Part shown: in pieces, positions 19,845-28,451 of the stretch
Layout of the letters: every line of letters starts with the position of its first letter
Position numbering within the stretch: position 1 is the first letter of the stretch
Origin: an uncultured virus (IMG/VR IMGVR_UViG_3300028394_000079)
Taxonomy: Duplodnaviria > Heunggongvirae > Uroviricota > Caudoviricetes
Direction: 5' to 3' (one strand)
IMG/VR virus record: IMGVR_UViG_3300028394_000079
Length of the DNA: 64,000 nt
Made by a program: the position numbers and the translations under genes
Notes under the pieces: generated by a model
What the model was told of the DNA's origin: nothing
What the model saw: the letters and a program-made list of their open reading frames with translations, nothing else
The model's database searches: none

Positions 19845-20059
19845 GCCAAATAACTTTTAAGCTCCGTCAATCCACCTACATGGACATCATCAATAAAAAC
19901 CTGAGGCACTTCCTCAGAATGGTTGTACTTAAGCCACAACCTAGCATCATTGTCCTGCGTGATGTCATATTCCAAGAACTTAGGGTCTAACGACCCAATC
20001 AAGTTCTTGACGTTTAAACAATCTTCACAACCGGGTTTCGTGTAAACAGTGATGTCCAT
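19841..20059 (-). CDS. Glutaredoxin/NrdH-like protein
   Basis: VYTKPGCEDC and VPQVFI...GG; AAGGAG SD. Confidence 0.85.
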   Translation of the reverse strand: MDITVYTKPGCEDCLNVKNLIGSLDPKFLEYDITQDNDARLWLKYNHSEEVPQVFIDDVHVGGLTELKSYLA

Positions 20060-20358
20060 GATGATCTCCTTTATATAAGTCCTAGGGATTCCACCAAGGC
20101 CCACCTCTCTTTAACGTCTGCGTGTCCAAGACAATGTGAGTTTAAACGCATATGCGAACGTTCGCAAGGGGTAAATTAAAAATATATATAGGGGTGGGGG
20201 TGGACGATTTGGAAATGAAGGGGGGGGTGTTTCCTATGTGGAACGTAATCGTTTGTGTGGATTCGAGCGTAATAGGCGGAAGGGTGTCGCATCGTGCCAA
20301 GTGGGGGTCGGGGGGCGGTGGGGGACGGCTAACCTACGTTTACACGCACCTCATGCAC

Positions 20359-21027
20359 CTAGGCATCTGGCTCTGGAGTGCTGTTTAAACGGGTCATGCT
20401 CTTAGCCTCTACGTCTAGCACATTGGCTTTGCCTTGCTCCATCAGCTTCATATGTCCTGACAGTTCCCGCTTCAATTGCTCTGCGCTTACCACTGCTTTG
20501 TCGATTACCTCTGACGGTGCGAACAGGCCACAGGCCTTGCCCATTAGTTCTAAGGCTCTGATACGTGACTGCTCTGACTGAGCGTCCTTGCTTAGTGCTA
20601 ACAACCCCTTCAACACATACCTCTTACTTGCGGCAACGTCTTCTGATAGGTGTTCTATGGTTTCCCCCCATGCCTCTTTAAGAGCCTGTTGAACCCTCGG
20701 GTCTTTCATGAGTTTATTGGCACTTGCCGATATAGAGGCATCTGATCCTGTGTAATTCTTAAAGGCCTCTCTGTATGTTGACCTTAGGCTTTGCCCTCTG
20801 ATAACCCCGATTGTGAAGAGTTGCTGATTCTCTGTTAAGGCATTGCTTCTCTTATGTTCACTTGCCACTGGTAATCCATCTACTCTCTTCCTTGGTTTAG
20901 GTGCATTCTTTACTAGGGCATCCGCTGTCCGTTCCGCTTCGCTCATGTTGTCTGCGTTTAAACCATCCCATTGATCACCCGCCTCGGCTATTGCCGCCTG
21001 ATACTCAGCCTTGCTAGTCTTCCCCAT
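20359..21027 (-). CDS. Terminase small subunit-like protein
   Basis: LTENQQLF, ASANKLMKDPRV and RIRALELMGK motifs; GGAGG SD; upstream of TerL. Confidence 0.7.
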   Translation of the reverse strand: MGKTSKAEYQAAIAEAGDQWDGLNADNMSEAERTADALVKNAPKPRKRVDGLPVASEHKRSNALTENQQLFTIGVIRGQSLRSTYREAFKNYTGSDASISASANKLMKDPRVQQALKEAWGETIEHLSEDVAASKRYVLKGLLALSKDAQSEQSRIRALELMGKACGLFAPSEVIDKAVVSAEQLKRELSGHMKLMEQGKANVLDVEAKSMTRLNSTPEPDA

Positions 21028-21117
21028 GATCGATCCCTCCATTTTGTGACTGATCCGTCTACATTATAGACACCTAGTCCATTTCATGCACTGTTCGTAT
21101 TATATGTTACTAACAGG

Positions 21118-21255
21118 TTATCCAAGCCTGTGGATAAGTACAAAAGTTATCCACAGGTTATTCATTTTGGTGCAGTTAGGGTTTACCCACGTTATCCACA
21201 GCAGTCGGAAAGTTATCCACATTTTTTGTGAACAAAACAGGGGTAGTTATCCACA
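21118..21255. promoter_or_regulatory. Cluster of DnaA boxes
   Basis: Perfect TTATCCACA at 21129 (reverse), 21147, 21192, 21213 and 21247, plus near-matches at 21118, 21183 and 21227. Confidence 0.85.
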
Positions 21256-21701
21256 AAATAAGGGTTTACCCTTTGGCCTCTAGAATCGATTTTAAGGGGT
21301 CTAGGAGCGTCCGTTTTGCAAAGTGGCTACCCTACCCTACCCCAACCCGTTTTGAACGATCCTGAGGCGTTCTGAGAGGTTTTTAATACTTTTTGACCGA
21401 GTATTACTTTGGCCTCAAAGTGAGTACTTGTGATTACACAGGGTTTGTCCCTATGAAAATACTTGTAGTCTCTTGTCAACCAATACAGTTACACTAGCGT
21501 TGAACCACTTGTAAGCACTAGTGTTTACACGCAAGTTGACCGCTTTGATCCACTGACCCGTGATGGGAAAATTACAGTGAGTAGTGCGACTAATAACTTT
21601 TCACCATCATTAGTGATCGTACTAATGGTGACTAAAGAGTTTAGTCTGTAGCCCTGTGGGCTACGGAGTGCGCTCTTTGCACTACAACCTAAGGAACAAA
21701 A

Positions 21702-21896
21702 ATGTTACAAGCTTTCTACCCTTCAAAAAAGGCTCTCAAAGAATCAATCGGCAAGCCATTACGTTACACCGAGACTTCATTTTTCGGTCTTGAATTTAAA
21801 GAAAACGGTTCATTTTGCGTGGCAGACGGTAGCCCATCACGCAAGTGGTTTGCTCAGGTCACCATGAAAGATGGCGTGATTGCCAAGGTTTCTTAA
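21702..21896 (+). CDS. Small early protein
   Basis: 64 aa, YPSKKALKESIG...RKWFAQV; TAAGGA SD. Confidence 0.75.
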   Translation: MLQAFYPSKKALKESIGKPLRYTETSFFGLEFKENGSFCVADGSPSRKWFAQVTMKDGVIAKVS

Positions 21897-21957
21897 GCTA
21901 TCAGCGGTATGCCCCTAGGGCATATCAGTGCTAGTTCGCACTTCTACTGGAGACACT

Positions 21958-22113
21958 ATGAAAATTTATCAGTTCTACGTTTTCAAGACCTTGGTCTGCA
22001 TGATTGGGTTCTTGATCAGCGCTTTGGCCTTAGGCAGTGAGTCACTGCTGTTCTTTTGGGTAGCAATTGCATCCTTGGTTGCCTCCCTTGTTTTTTACTT
22101 TTTGGGAGAATAA
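21958..22113 (+). CDS. Small two-TM membrane protein
   Basis: 51 aa, two hydrophobic helices; GGAG SD. Confidence 0.65.
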   Translation: MKIYQFYVFKTLVCMIGFLISALALGSESLLFFWVAIASLVASLVFYFLGE

Positions 22114-22115
22114 AC

Positions 22116-22307
22116 ATGTATACAGCGCAGATTGACCGCCACGGCAACATCATTGTTTGCCGAGGTGAAGTAGAACGCTCAGGCTATCAGATCTTTTGTT
22201 GGGGCACGTATAACGATTGCCTTAACCGCAAGGTCAACCGCCCCTCTGAGCAACCCGCCCGTTGGCATACACGTTCCAACGGCCAACCCCTCGACACCGA
22301 GGATTGA
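22116..22307 (+). CDS. Small early protein
   Basis: 63 aa from MYTAQID; GGAG SD. Confidence 0.65.
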   Translation: MYTAQIDRHGNIIVCRGEVERSGYQIFCWGTYNDCLNRKVNRPSEQPARWHTRSNGQPLDTED

Positions 22308-22376
22308 ACTGTCAGCGTGATGCACCTTGCAAGGGTGCATTGCAGTGCTAGTTCGCACTACCTTAGAAAGGACATC

Positions 22377-22616
22377 ATGAGAGCAAAAATACTTGTGACT
22401 TGGCGGGACAACCGCAAGCATTTTGGGTTTAAGTTGCCGACTGTACGCAACGATTTTTGCGAGGTGACTCGCACCATCACCCTAGAGTCTGACCCCTCGG
22501 GTGTTTATGAGGACGGCCAATGGGGCTACATCACGGCCAACGGCAACAAGGTAAGGGTGTATCACTCTGATTTTGATGTCAAGCCCGAGGATGCCACTTG
22601 GCAAATTTGGAATTGA
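22377..22616 (+). CDS. Small early protein
   Basis: 79 aa from MRAKILV; AAGGA SD. Confidence 0.65.
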   Translation: MRAKILVTWRDNRKHFGFKLPTVRNDFCEVTRTITLESDPSGVYEDGQWGYITANGNKVRVYHSDFDVKPEDATWQIWN

Positions 22617-22686
22617 GTTTTGACTGTGATGCCCCCTTGCACGGGGGTATTGCAGTAGGAATTTTCCTACGTTTTGGAGATAAACC

Positions 22687-23301
22687 ATGACCCTTCCCAT
22701 CATTCATGCCAACCGTGAGGCGTGGCAACACGCTTGTGTGGACGAATTGCGTTCGTTCTTTTCTTCCCGTGGCTACACCCTACCCGCTGAAATTCGGGTA
22801 GCTTGCGGCTACCCTACCAATGCAAAACGCTCAGGCTTCAAGGTGCTTGGCGAGTGCATCCCCAATACCAATTCTGCTGATGGTCATTGGGAAATTTACA
22901 TTTCCCCCATTCTCTCTGACCCCTCTAAGGTGACCGAGACATTGGTTGCCCAGTTGTGCCGCACGGCCAAGGGTGCTTATGCGGTGACAAACCTTGCCTA
23001 TGCCAAGGTTGCCGAGGCCTTGCACATTCTGCCTGATGGCACTGCATCCAACCCCTACAAAGAGGTGACCCATGCATCGGCTTTCGACATGGCCTATCAG
23101 GACATCATCGATTCACTGGGTGTCTACCCTCACGGTAAGGTTGACATTTCAATCCATAAAAGCCAAGGCACTCGCATGTTGCTTGCCAAGTGCCCGACAT
23201 GCCAATGCAGTATTCGCATGACATCCAAGTGGGTCTACAACTCCCATGGTGATGTTGAGTTGCCCACTTGCAGATGCGGTGACACATTCGCCCTTGCCTG
23301 A
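22687..23301 (+). CDS. SprT-like protein with degenerate zinc-protease motif
   Basis: REAW, GEC, EIYISP and TRML..CPTC...CRC motifs; AQLCR where HExxH is expected. Confidence 0.6.
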   Translation: MTLPIIHANREAWQHACVDELRSFFSSRGYTLPAEIRVACGYPTNAKRSGFKVLGECIPNTNSADGHWEIYISPILSDPSKVTETLVAQLCRTAKGAYAVTNLAYAKVAEALHILPDGTASNPYKEVTHASAFDMAYQDIIDSLGVYPHGKVDISIHKSQGTRMLLAKCPTCQCSIRMTSKWVYNSHGDVELPTCRCGDTFALA

Positions 23302-23319
23302 CCCGTTTAAACAGAGAGA

Positions 23320-24747
23320 ATGAAAATGAACAAACCCCTTACCCTCAAAGACCGCTTGCTGTCTATCCCCATTGGGAAAATTGTCGGTGCTACTACTGCA
23401 CACGGTGCACCGTCCAACCTCAGCACCAAGATTGACCGTGTCAATTGGCTTGTCGAGCAGATCGACAATGGCAAACTGACCTTTGACCAAGTGCAGAATG
23501 CCACGCCTGTGGTCAATGCACCCATGACCATTGACACCGCCCGTGTCGATGCCTTAGAAGCCGTTGCCAACCGTGCCCATGGCTACGCCTTGCAAGGTCT
23601 TGACGCTACCCGTGCGGTTGAATCAGCGGTGACCCTGATGGTTCAAAAGCTTGCCGCCTCTGAGGTTGCCATTGATCAGATTGCCAAGATGCAAGCCGCC
23701 TCAATGGTTGACGATTCAAAGGTTGCCGCTGATGTCGCCTCCGCCATTGCCAAGGCCTTTGCCCCGTTTAAACAGTCCGTCATTGATGCGGGTGCACAGG
23801 GTGCAATTGCCAATGCTACGGTTGCTACGGTGATTGACCGCAAGACCGTGCTTGATGTCTTCGGTGTCGATGTACTTGATACCAGTGGTAAGCAAGTCTA
23901 CGTGGACATATGGAATTCCCCCGATGCCCCTCAAATTGATCCCAATTTTGTATGGTCTGAGGCCATCTTGGCCTACCTCTTGTTGGCTCAGGACAAGGGT
24001 GAGAACCTGTGGTTCGGAGGCGAAAAGGGTACAGGCAAGAGTGAAACGGCCAAGCAGTTTGCCGCTAACACTGGACGTTCGTTCACCCGTATTAATTTCC
24101 ATAAGTACACAACCACTGAGGACTACATCGGCTCGGTTGGCTTAGAGAACGGTGCTACGGTGTTTAAACGTGGTGCATTCCTTACCGCCTTTACCGCCCC
24201 TTCAACCGTCATTTTGTTGGATGAAATTTCCAATTGTGATGCGGGTGAACTTGCCCCCCTCAATGGTCTGCTAGAAGTGAACAGTGCAGTCAACATCGGG
24301 GGTTCTCCTCAGCGCAGAGCACAAGGTGTCCTAGTGTTTGCCGCTGACAATACCCTGACCAACGGTGACTCCACAGGCCGCTATGCGGGTACTAGACAGA
24401 TGAATTCCTCATTGGCAGACAGGTTTTCCCATGTCGTCCAGTTTGAATTCCTACCCCGTGACCAAGAGGTTGAGGCCATTGTCCGTCACACTGCTTGCCA
24501 TCCTAAGTTGGCCTTGCACGTTGTCAATGCAATCAATGCCGCCCGTGCCAAGGTTGACACTGGTGACATCATCGATGCCCCATCGATCCGCTCTGCGCTT
24601 GCGTTCATTCGGGGACTGTCCGTCCTCTCTGTGGATCAAGCTTGGCACTCTGCCATTACCGCTCGGCAACCCGCTGAGTCCCGTGCCGCCCTTGACGCTA
24701 TCAAGGCCGCTTACATCAACAAACACGACATAGCCACTTGGCTTTAA
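23320..24747 (+). CDS. MoxR/CobS-like AAA+ ATPase
   Basis: GEKGTGKS, LLDEIS, ADNT.. and SLADRF motifs; N-terminal coiled region. Confidence 0.9.
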   Translation: MKMNKPLTLKDRLLSIPIGKIVGATTAHGAPSNLSTKIDRVNWLVEQIDNGKLTFDQVQNATPVVNAPMTIDTARVDALEAVANRAHGYALQGLDATRAVESAVTLMVQKLAASEVAIDQIAKMQAASMVDDSKVAADVASAIAKAFAPFKQSVIDAGAQGAIANATVATVIDRKTVLDVFGVDVLDTSGKQVYVDIWNSPDAPQIDPNFVWSEAILAYLLLAQDKGENLWFGGEKGTGKSETAKQFAANTGRSFTRINFHKYTTTEDYIGSVGLENGATVFKRGAFLTAFTAPSTVILLDEISNCDAGELAPLNGLLEVNSAVNIGGSPQRRAQGVLVFAADNTLTNGDSTGRYAGTRQMNSSLADRFSHVVQFEFLPRDQEVEAIVRHTACHPKLALHVVNAINAARAKVDTGDIIDAPSIRSALAFIRGLSVLSVDQAWHSAITARQPAESRAALDAIKAAYINKHDIATWL

Positions 24748-24755
24748 GGATCATC

Positions 24756-25760
24756 ATGACAAAATCAAAATACTTCGGATGGGAATTCAAACCCGCTCTT
24801 ACAGCCGCCATTCACAAGATCGCCTCTGACCTCGGCCTCGGCTCTGTCAAGGTGACCTTCAGTGCCGACATCCCTACAGCGGCCATCAACCGTCAGGGTC
24901 AGATCTACATCACCAACATTGCGGATGATGCAGTGCTGACCCGCCAAGATCTTGAACGGTTCACAGGCTTCGCCCTGCATGAACTCTTGCACTGGAAGTA
25001 CACCAACTTCAATGCCATCGACACCGCTCAGGTCAGCTACTTGCTCCAGTTGCACAATGCCCTTGAAGATGCGTTCATTGAGAACACCGCCATCCAAAAC
25101 AAGTTGACAGGCAATGTCGAACACTTGCTCACCGTGCTGATCGATGGCATGGCCGCTGAGGGGTTGGCCGAGGTTAAAGATTGGTCTGACCCCCGTCAGT
25201 ACCCCTTTGCCCTTGCAGTCTACGCACGTAAACATGGCACTGTAGTTGTGCCATTGGCTAAGGGTCTGAAGCCCATCTTCGATGAAGCTTGTGTGCGTTT
25301 AAACAAGTGCCAATCTACCCGTGATACATGGGACTTGGCAGTGTGGTTGTTTGCTCAGTTGTGCAATGAGTTGCCCGTTCAACCTCCCGTCCAACCTGAG
25401 CCGCCCGTGCAACCCCCAACTAATCCCACTAACCCGACTGATGAGCCTAGTGATCAACCCGATGGCGACAACCCCGATGAGGGCGGTGATGAGGATGGCC
25501 CTACAAAGGGCGGTAAGCCCCCTACAAGCCCCGCTGATGAGGGTGATGAGGGTGAGGACGTAGGTGATGCCAAGTCGCCTGTAAAGGACGTTAAAGAGAA
25601 GCCCAATGGTGCAAAGCACAAGACCATTGTCAAGCCCCGCTCGACTGAGCCAACCGCTGATGTCGGTGAGTCCTCCAAGTCGGGCGGCTCAACTGGTGAG
25701 TGGTCAATCAAAGAGAACGGTTACCACTTAGGTAACCGCAAGTGGACAGTCACTGTTTAA
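24756..25760 (+). CDS. CobT N-terminal-like protein (HExxH) with acidic/Pro-rich tail
   Basis: GFALHELLH, NALEDAFIE and PPVQP repeats; AAGGA SD. Confidence 0.75.
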   Translation: MTKSKYFGWEFKPALTAAIHKIASDLGLGSVKVTFSADIPTAAINRQGQIYITNIADDAVLTRQDLERFTGFALHELLHWKYTNFNAIDTAQVSYLLQLHNALEDAFIENTAIQNKLTGNVEHLLTVLIDGMAAEGLAEVKDWSDPRQYPFALAVYARKHGTVVVPLAKGLKPIFDEACVRLNKCQSTRDTWDLAVWLFAQLCNELPVQPPVQPEPPVQPPTNPTNPTDEPSDQPDGDNPDEGGDEDGPTKGGKPPTSPADEGDEGEDVGDAKSPVKDVKEKPNGAKHKTIVKPRSTEPTADVGESSKSGGSTGEWSIKENGYHLGNRKWTVTV

Positions 25761-25769
25761 GGAAACAAC

Positions 25770-26423
25770 ATGATCCCCGCAAAACTTCGTTTCGAGATCC
25801 GTAAGATGTTTGAAAACTCAGGTACTGAGGAATTCAACATCAACCGCAAACAGGGTTCACTCAACGTGAACGCCTTAGCCAACATCGGCCACACTGACCG
25901 CCTGTTTAAACGCAGGTCTGAGGTTGCAGGTACTGACTCAGCCGTGACCGTTGTGATCGACTGCTCAGGATCGATGGACGGTGAGCGTATGCAGAATGCA
26001 GTCAACGTCTGCTACGCCTTGCTGACTACCCTCTCACAGGCGGGTGTCGCCACCTCTGTGGTGACGTTCTCAGGTATCGTGTCCATCCTTAAACCGTGGA
26101 ACATGCCCTACCAAAAGACCAAGCAGATGCTTGAGGCCATTGATGCATCGGGCGGCACAAACGATTATGCCGCTGTCAACTTTGCCCATGGCCTGTTACA
26201 CCGTAGGACTGAGGCACGTAAGGTCTGCTTCGTATTGACCGATGGCGAGGGTAGCCCCACGGCAACCCGTGAACAATGCCTGTCAGGCTCACGCCTTGGC
26301 ATCACAACCATAGGCATCGGCATTCAAGAGAACGTGTCCCATGTCTACCCCAATGCCGTGCGAGTAGACAAGCTTGAGGATCTAGGCACGGTTGCATTCA
26401 ACAAGCTGAAGCTTGCCGCCTGA
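25770..26423 (+). CDS. VWA domain protein (CobT C-terminal-like)
   Basis: MIDAS motifs DCSGSM, GGT and LTDG. Confidence 0.9.
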   Translation: MIPAKLRFEIRKMFENSGTEEFNINRKQGSLNVNALANIGHTDRLFKRRSEVAGTDSAVTVVIDCSGSMDGERMQNAVNVCYALLTTLSQAGVATSVVTFSGIVSILKPWNMPYQKTKQMLEAIDASGGTNDYAAVNFAHGLLHRRTEARKVCFVLTDGEGSPTATREQCLSGSRLGITTIGIGIQENVSHVYPNAVRVDKLEDLGTVAFNKLKLAA

Positions 26424-26473
26424 GGGGGGTTACCCCTCACCCTTAAAAGAAACCAGTTGATAGGAGAGAAACC

Positions 26474-26719
26474 ATGGTAATTATGCCCAACGATCCCCGT
26501 GCCATCCGTGGCAATTTCAACCGCCCACGCACCAATAAATTGGTCAACGTGGTGACCAAGCAAGTGGATACATGGGGCGAACCCTGTGATCACTATGAGG
26601 CGGGTTGCCCCGTCTGTGAGGCATGGAAGTTATTTGATAAGAACTTTGCCGCCCCGTCAGTCGATGAGGTTATGGCAGTCATTAAAACAATACGTTTAAA
26701 CACAGGAGAGAGCAAATGA
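26474..26719 (+). CDS. Small Cys-containing protein
   Basis: 81 aa, WGEPCDHYEAGCPVC; AGGAG SD. Confidence 0.6.
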   Translation: MVIMPNDPRAIRGNFNRPRTNKLVNVVTKQVDTWGEPCDHYEAGCPVCEAWKLFDKNFAAPSVDEVMAVIKTIRLNTGESK

Positions 26720-26955
26720 GCAACATTAAATTAACAGTGGACACACTGGACAACATCTTTGGCTCTGCGGTGATCAACATCGGCAAGAGCAACGGGTACG
26801 TGGAGGCATTCATTGACCACGATAAGGTGCTGAACCTTGCCGTCTACAACAGAGAGGGTGACATCGTGCATGAGTACTACATCACCCTTAAAAACCTCCG
26901 AGCAAAAGATGGTAGCGGTTGGACTGCACCTATGTTCGAGCCAACCTTAGATTGA
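26716..26955 (+). CDS. Hypothetical protein
   Basis: 79 aa, AGGAG SD, ATGA overlap. Confidence 0.6.
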   Translation: MSNIKLTVDTLDNIFGSAVINIGKSNGYVEAFIDHDKVLNLAVYNREGDIVHEYYITLKNLRAKDGSGWTAPMFEPTLD

Positions 26956-26965
26956 GGGGATGATC

Positions 26966-27136
26966 ATGAACGAAAAGATCTACGCATACCTGACCAAGTT
27001 ACGTGCCAGTGGCCGCATCAACATGATGCACTCAGGCAAGTACTTGGAGCGGGAGTTTGGCCTGACCCGTGCTGAGGCAAAGACCGCAGTACTTCACTGG
27101 ATGACTACGTTTAAACGGGAGAAAACAAATGCTTGA
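26966..27136 (+). CDS. Small helical protein (LRASGRINM...EFGL...W), not in the ORF track
   Basis: 56 aa translated by hand; GAGG SD. Confidence 0.65.
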   Translation: MNEKIYAYLTKLRASGRINMMHSGKYLEREFGLTRAEAKTAVLHWMTTFKREKTNA

Positions 27137-27428
27137 GATTATCAAAACAAATGACGGGTACATGGTGCAAAAGGATGGCGGTGACTACATCTGTGATGCC
27201 AATGGTGACAACCTGTGGGACACCTACGAGGCGGCTGAGGCGGTGTACACCTATGAGGAAACCAAGGCGGTGTTCTGTGGCGTTTCTACACAAACCCCTT
27301 GGTCAAAGGCCAATGAGGCCTTCTACAAGTGGGAGAGTGACTGTATTGTGGGTGAGTCTAGCCTATCAGACGATGACCGTAGGGTATGGGTACAGGGCTA
27401 CCTACAGGCCTTGAGGGACGCATCATGA
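27129..27428 (+). CDS. Hypothetical protein
   Basis: 99 aa, GGAG SD. Confidence 0.6.
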   Translation: MLEIIKTNDGYMVQKDGGDYICDANGDNLWDTYEAAEAVYTYEETKAVFCGVSTQTPWSKANEAFYKWESDCIVGESSLSDDDRRVWVQGYLQALRDAS

Positions 27429-27592
27429 AAACCTACAAGGTATGGGCAAAGAACATCACGTACCACTACGCCTTTATCGAGGCCGCAGATGATGAGGAGG
27501 TATGGGATAAGGCTCTCGCCATGGACGGGTCAGAGTTTATCGATAGCAATCACATTGATTGGCAAATTGACAGTACAGAGGAGATCAAATGA
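27425..27592 (+). CDS. Small acidic protein, paralog 1 (MKTYKV...EA..EE)
   Basis: 55 aa; similar to the next gene. Confidence 0.65.
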   Translation: MKTYKVWAKNITYHYAFIEAADDEEVWDKALAMDGSEFIDSNHIDWQIDSTEEIK

Positions 27593-27870
27593 AAACCTAC
27601 AAAGTAGTTGCAAAGCTGACAACGTACTTCTATGAACACGTTGAGGCCGAGAATGAAGATGAAGCCTATGCCATAGCCAAGGACATGGACGGGGGGGCAT
27701 TTATCCCCGTAGATCAGGGTGTGGGCGGTGACTGGGCTATCGACTCGGTTTATGAGGCTGATAAGCCGCCTTGCCTGTACTGCGGGGGTAACTGTCCCAA
27801 CGATGAAGACCATGCCTGCGATGGGTACTCGGGCGACATTGACGGACTTTATTCTGAGGTGACACCATGA
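27589..27870 (+). CDS. Small acidic protein, paralog 2, with Cys-rich C-terminus
   Basis: 93 aa, CLYCGGNCP...HAC. Confidence 0.65.
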   Translation: MKTYKVVAKLTTYFYEHVEAENEDEAYAIAKDMDGGAFIPVDQGVGGDWAIDSVYEADKPPCLYCGGNCPNDEDHACDGYSGDIDGLYSEVTP

Positions 27871-27955
27871 ATCACACACTATGGCAAAAACTTGAGCGGG
27901 TCTTACTGCTCATCGGCCTTATCGTTTTAATGCTTGATTTGTTTTACTGGAGGCC

Positions 27956-28225
27956 ATGATGTTTAAACATACAACATCTCACCCTTGGACTTTGGGCGGT
28001 TCGGGTCTTACTGTGTGGGGCTACGAACAAAAATATGGTAGGCCTTTGGTTGTGAACTGTGACGCAAAGAATGAGCGTATATCCATGCCAACCGCAACAA
28101 AACGTGCCAACGCCCGTTTGATTAGCATAGCCCCGCAGATGTATGAGATCATTGAAAGACTAGGCACTGATGAGGCCAAGGCCTTGGTGCGTTACATGGA
28201 AAGGGATGATCATGAGGGTAACTGA
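27956..28225 (+). CDS. Hypothetical protein (HTxxPW...ANARLIxxAP family)
   Basis: Common phage early-gene motif. Confidence 0.7.
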   Translation: MMFKHTTSHPWTLGGSGLTVWGYEQKYGRPLVVNCDAKNERISMPTATKRANARLISIAPQMYEIIERLGTDEAKALVRYMERDDHEGN

Positions 28226-28451
28226 ATTGACAGAGGATGAGGCCAAGCGTTTGGGCGTGGCCTACGTGTCCCTTGTCCAATGGATACATGACAACGCCCT
28301 TGACGGGGAAAGTACCATGAGTATGTTGTTTAAGGCGGCTATGACCATTGCCGTGTCGAACAACGTACCAAGGGAAGAGGTCATATCCGTGGCGGGGACG
28401 ATCTATGACATGGAGAAGTTCTACCATCCAACTGCTGAGGATATCCACTGA
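28212..28451 (+). CDS. Hypothetical protein
   Basis: Start MRVTEL assumed; helical. Confidence 0.55.
   Translation: MRVTELTEDEAKRLGVAYVSLVQWIHDNALDGESTMSMLFKAAMTIAVSNNVPREEVISVAGTIYDMEKFYHPTAEDIH

Larger units (their letters stand above)
21645..22686 (+). repeat. Four double-hairpin leader elements, each before an SD and ATG
   Basis: Copies at about 21646-21684, 21905-21942, 22316-22359 and 22626-22670. Confidence 0.75.

Noticed and set aside
20152..20388. 78-aa Gly-rich plus-strand ORF
   Set aside because: Product of G runs, opposite to the local gene direction.
21086..21283. 65-aa ORF with repeated VIH
   Set aside because: It is simply the translation of the DnaA boxes.
21645..22686. 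CRISPR array or attC cassette array
   Set aside because: Repeats are not identical, the spacers are whole genes, and no cas operon, integrase or attC core sites were seen.
23320..26423. Cobalamin biosynthesis auxiliary genes
   Set aside because: No CobN or other pathway genes; generic MoxR/VWA fits better.
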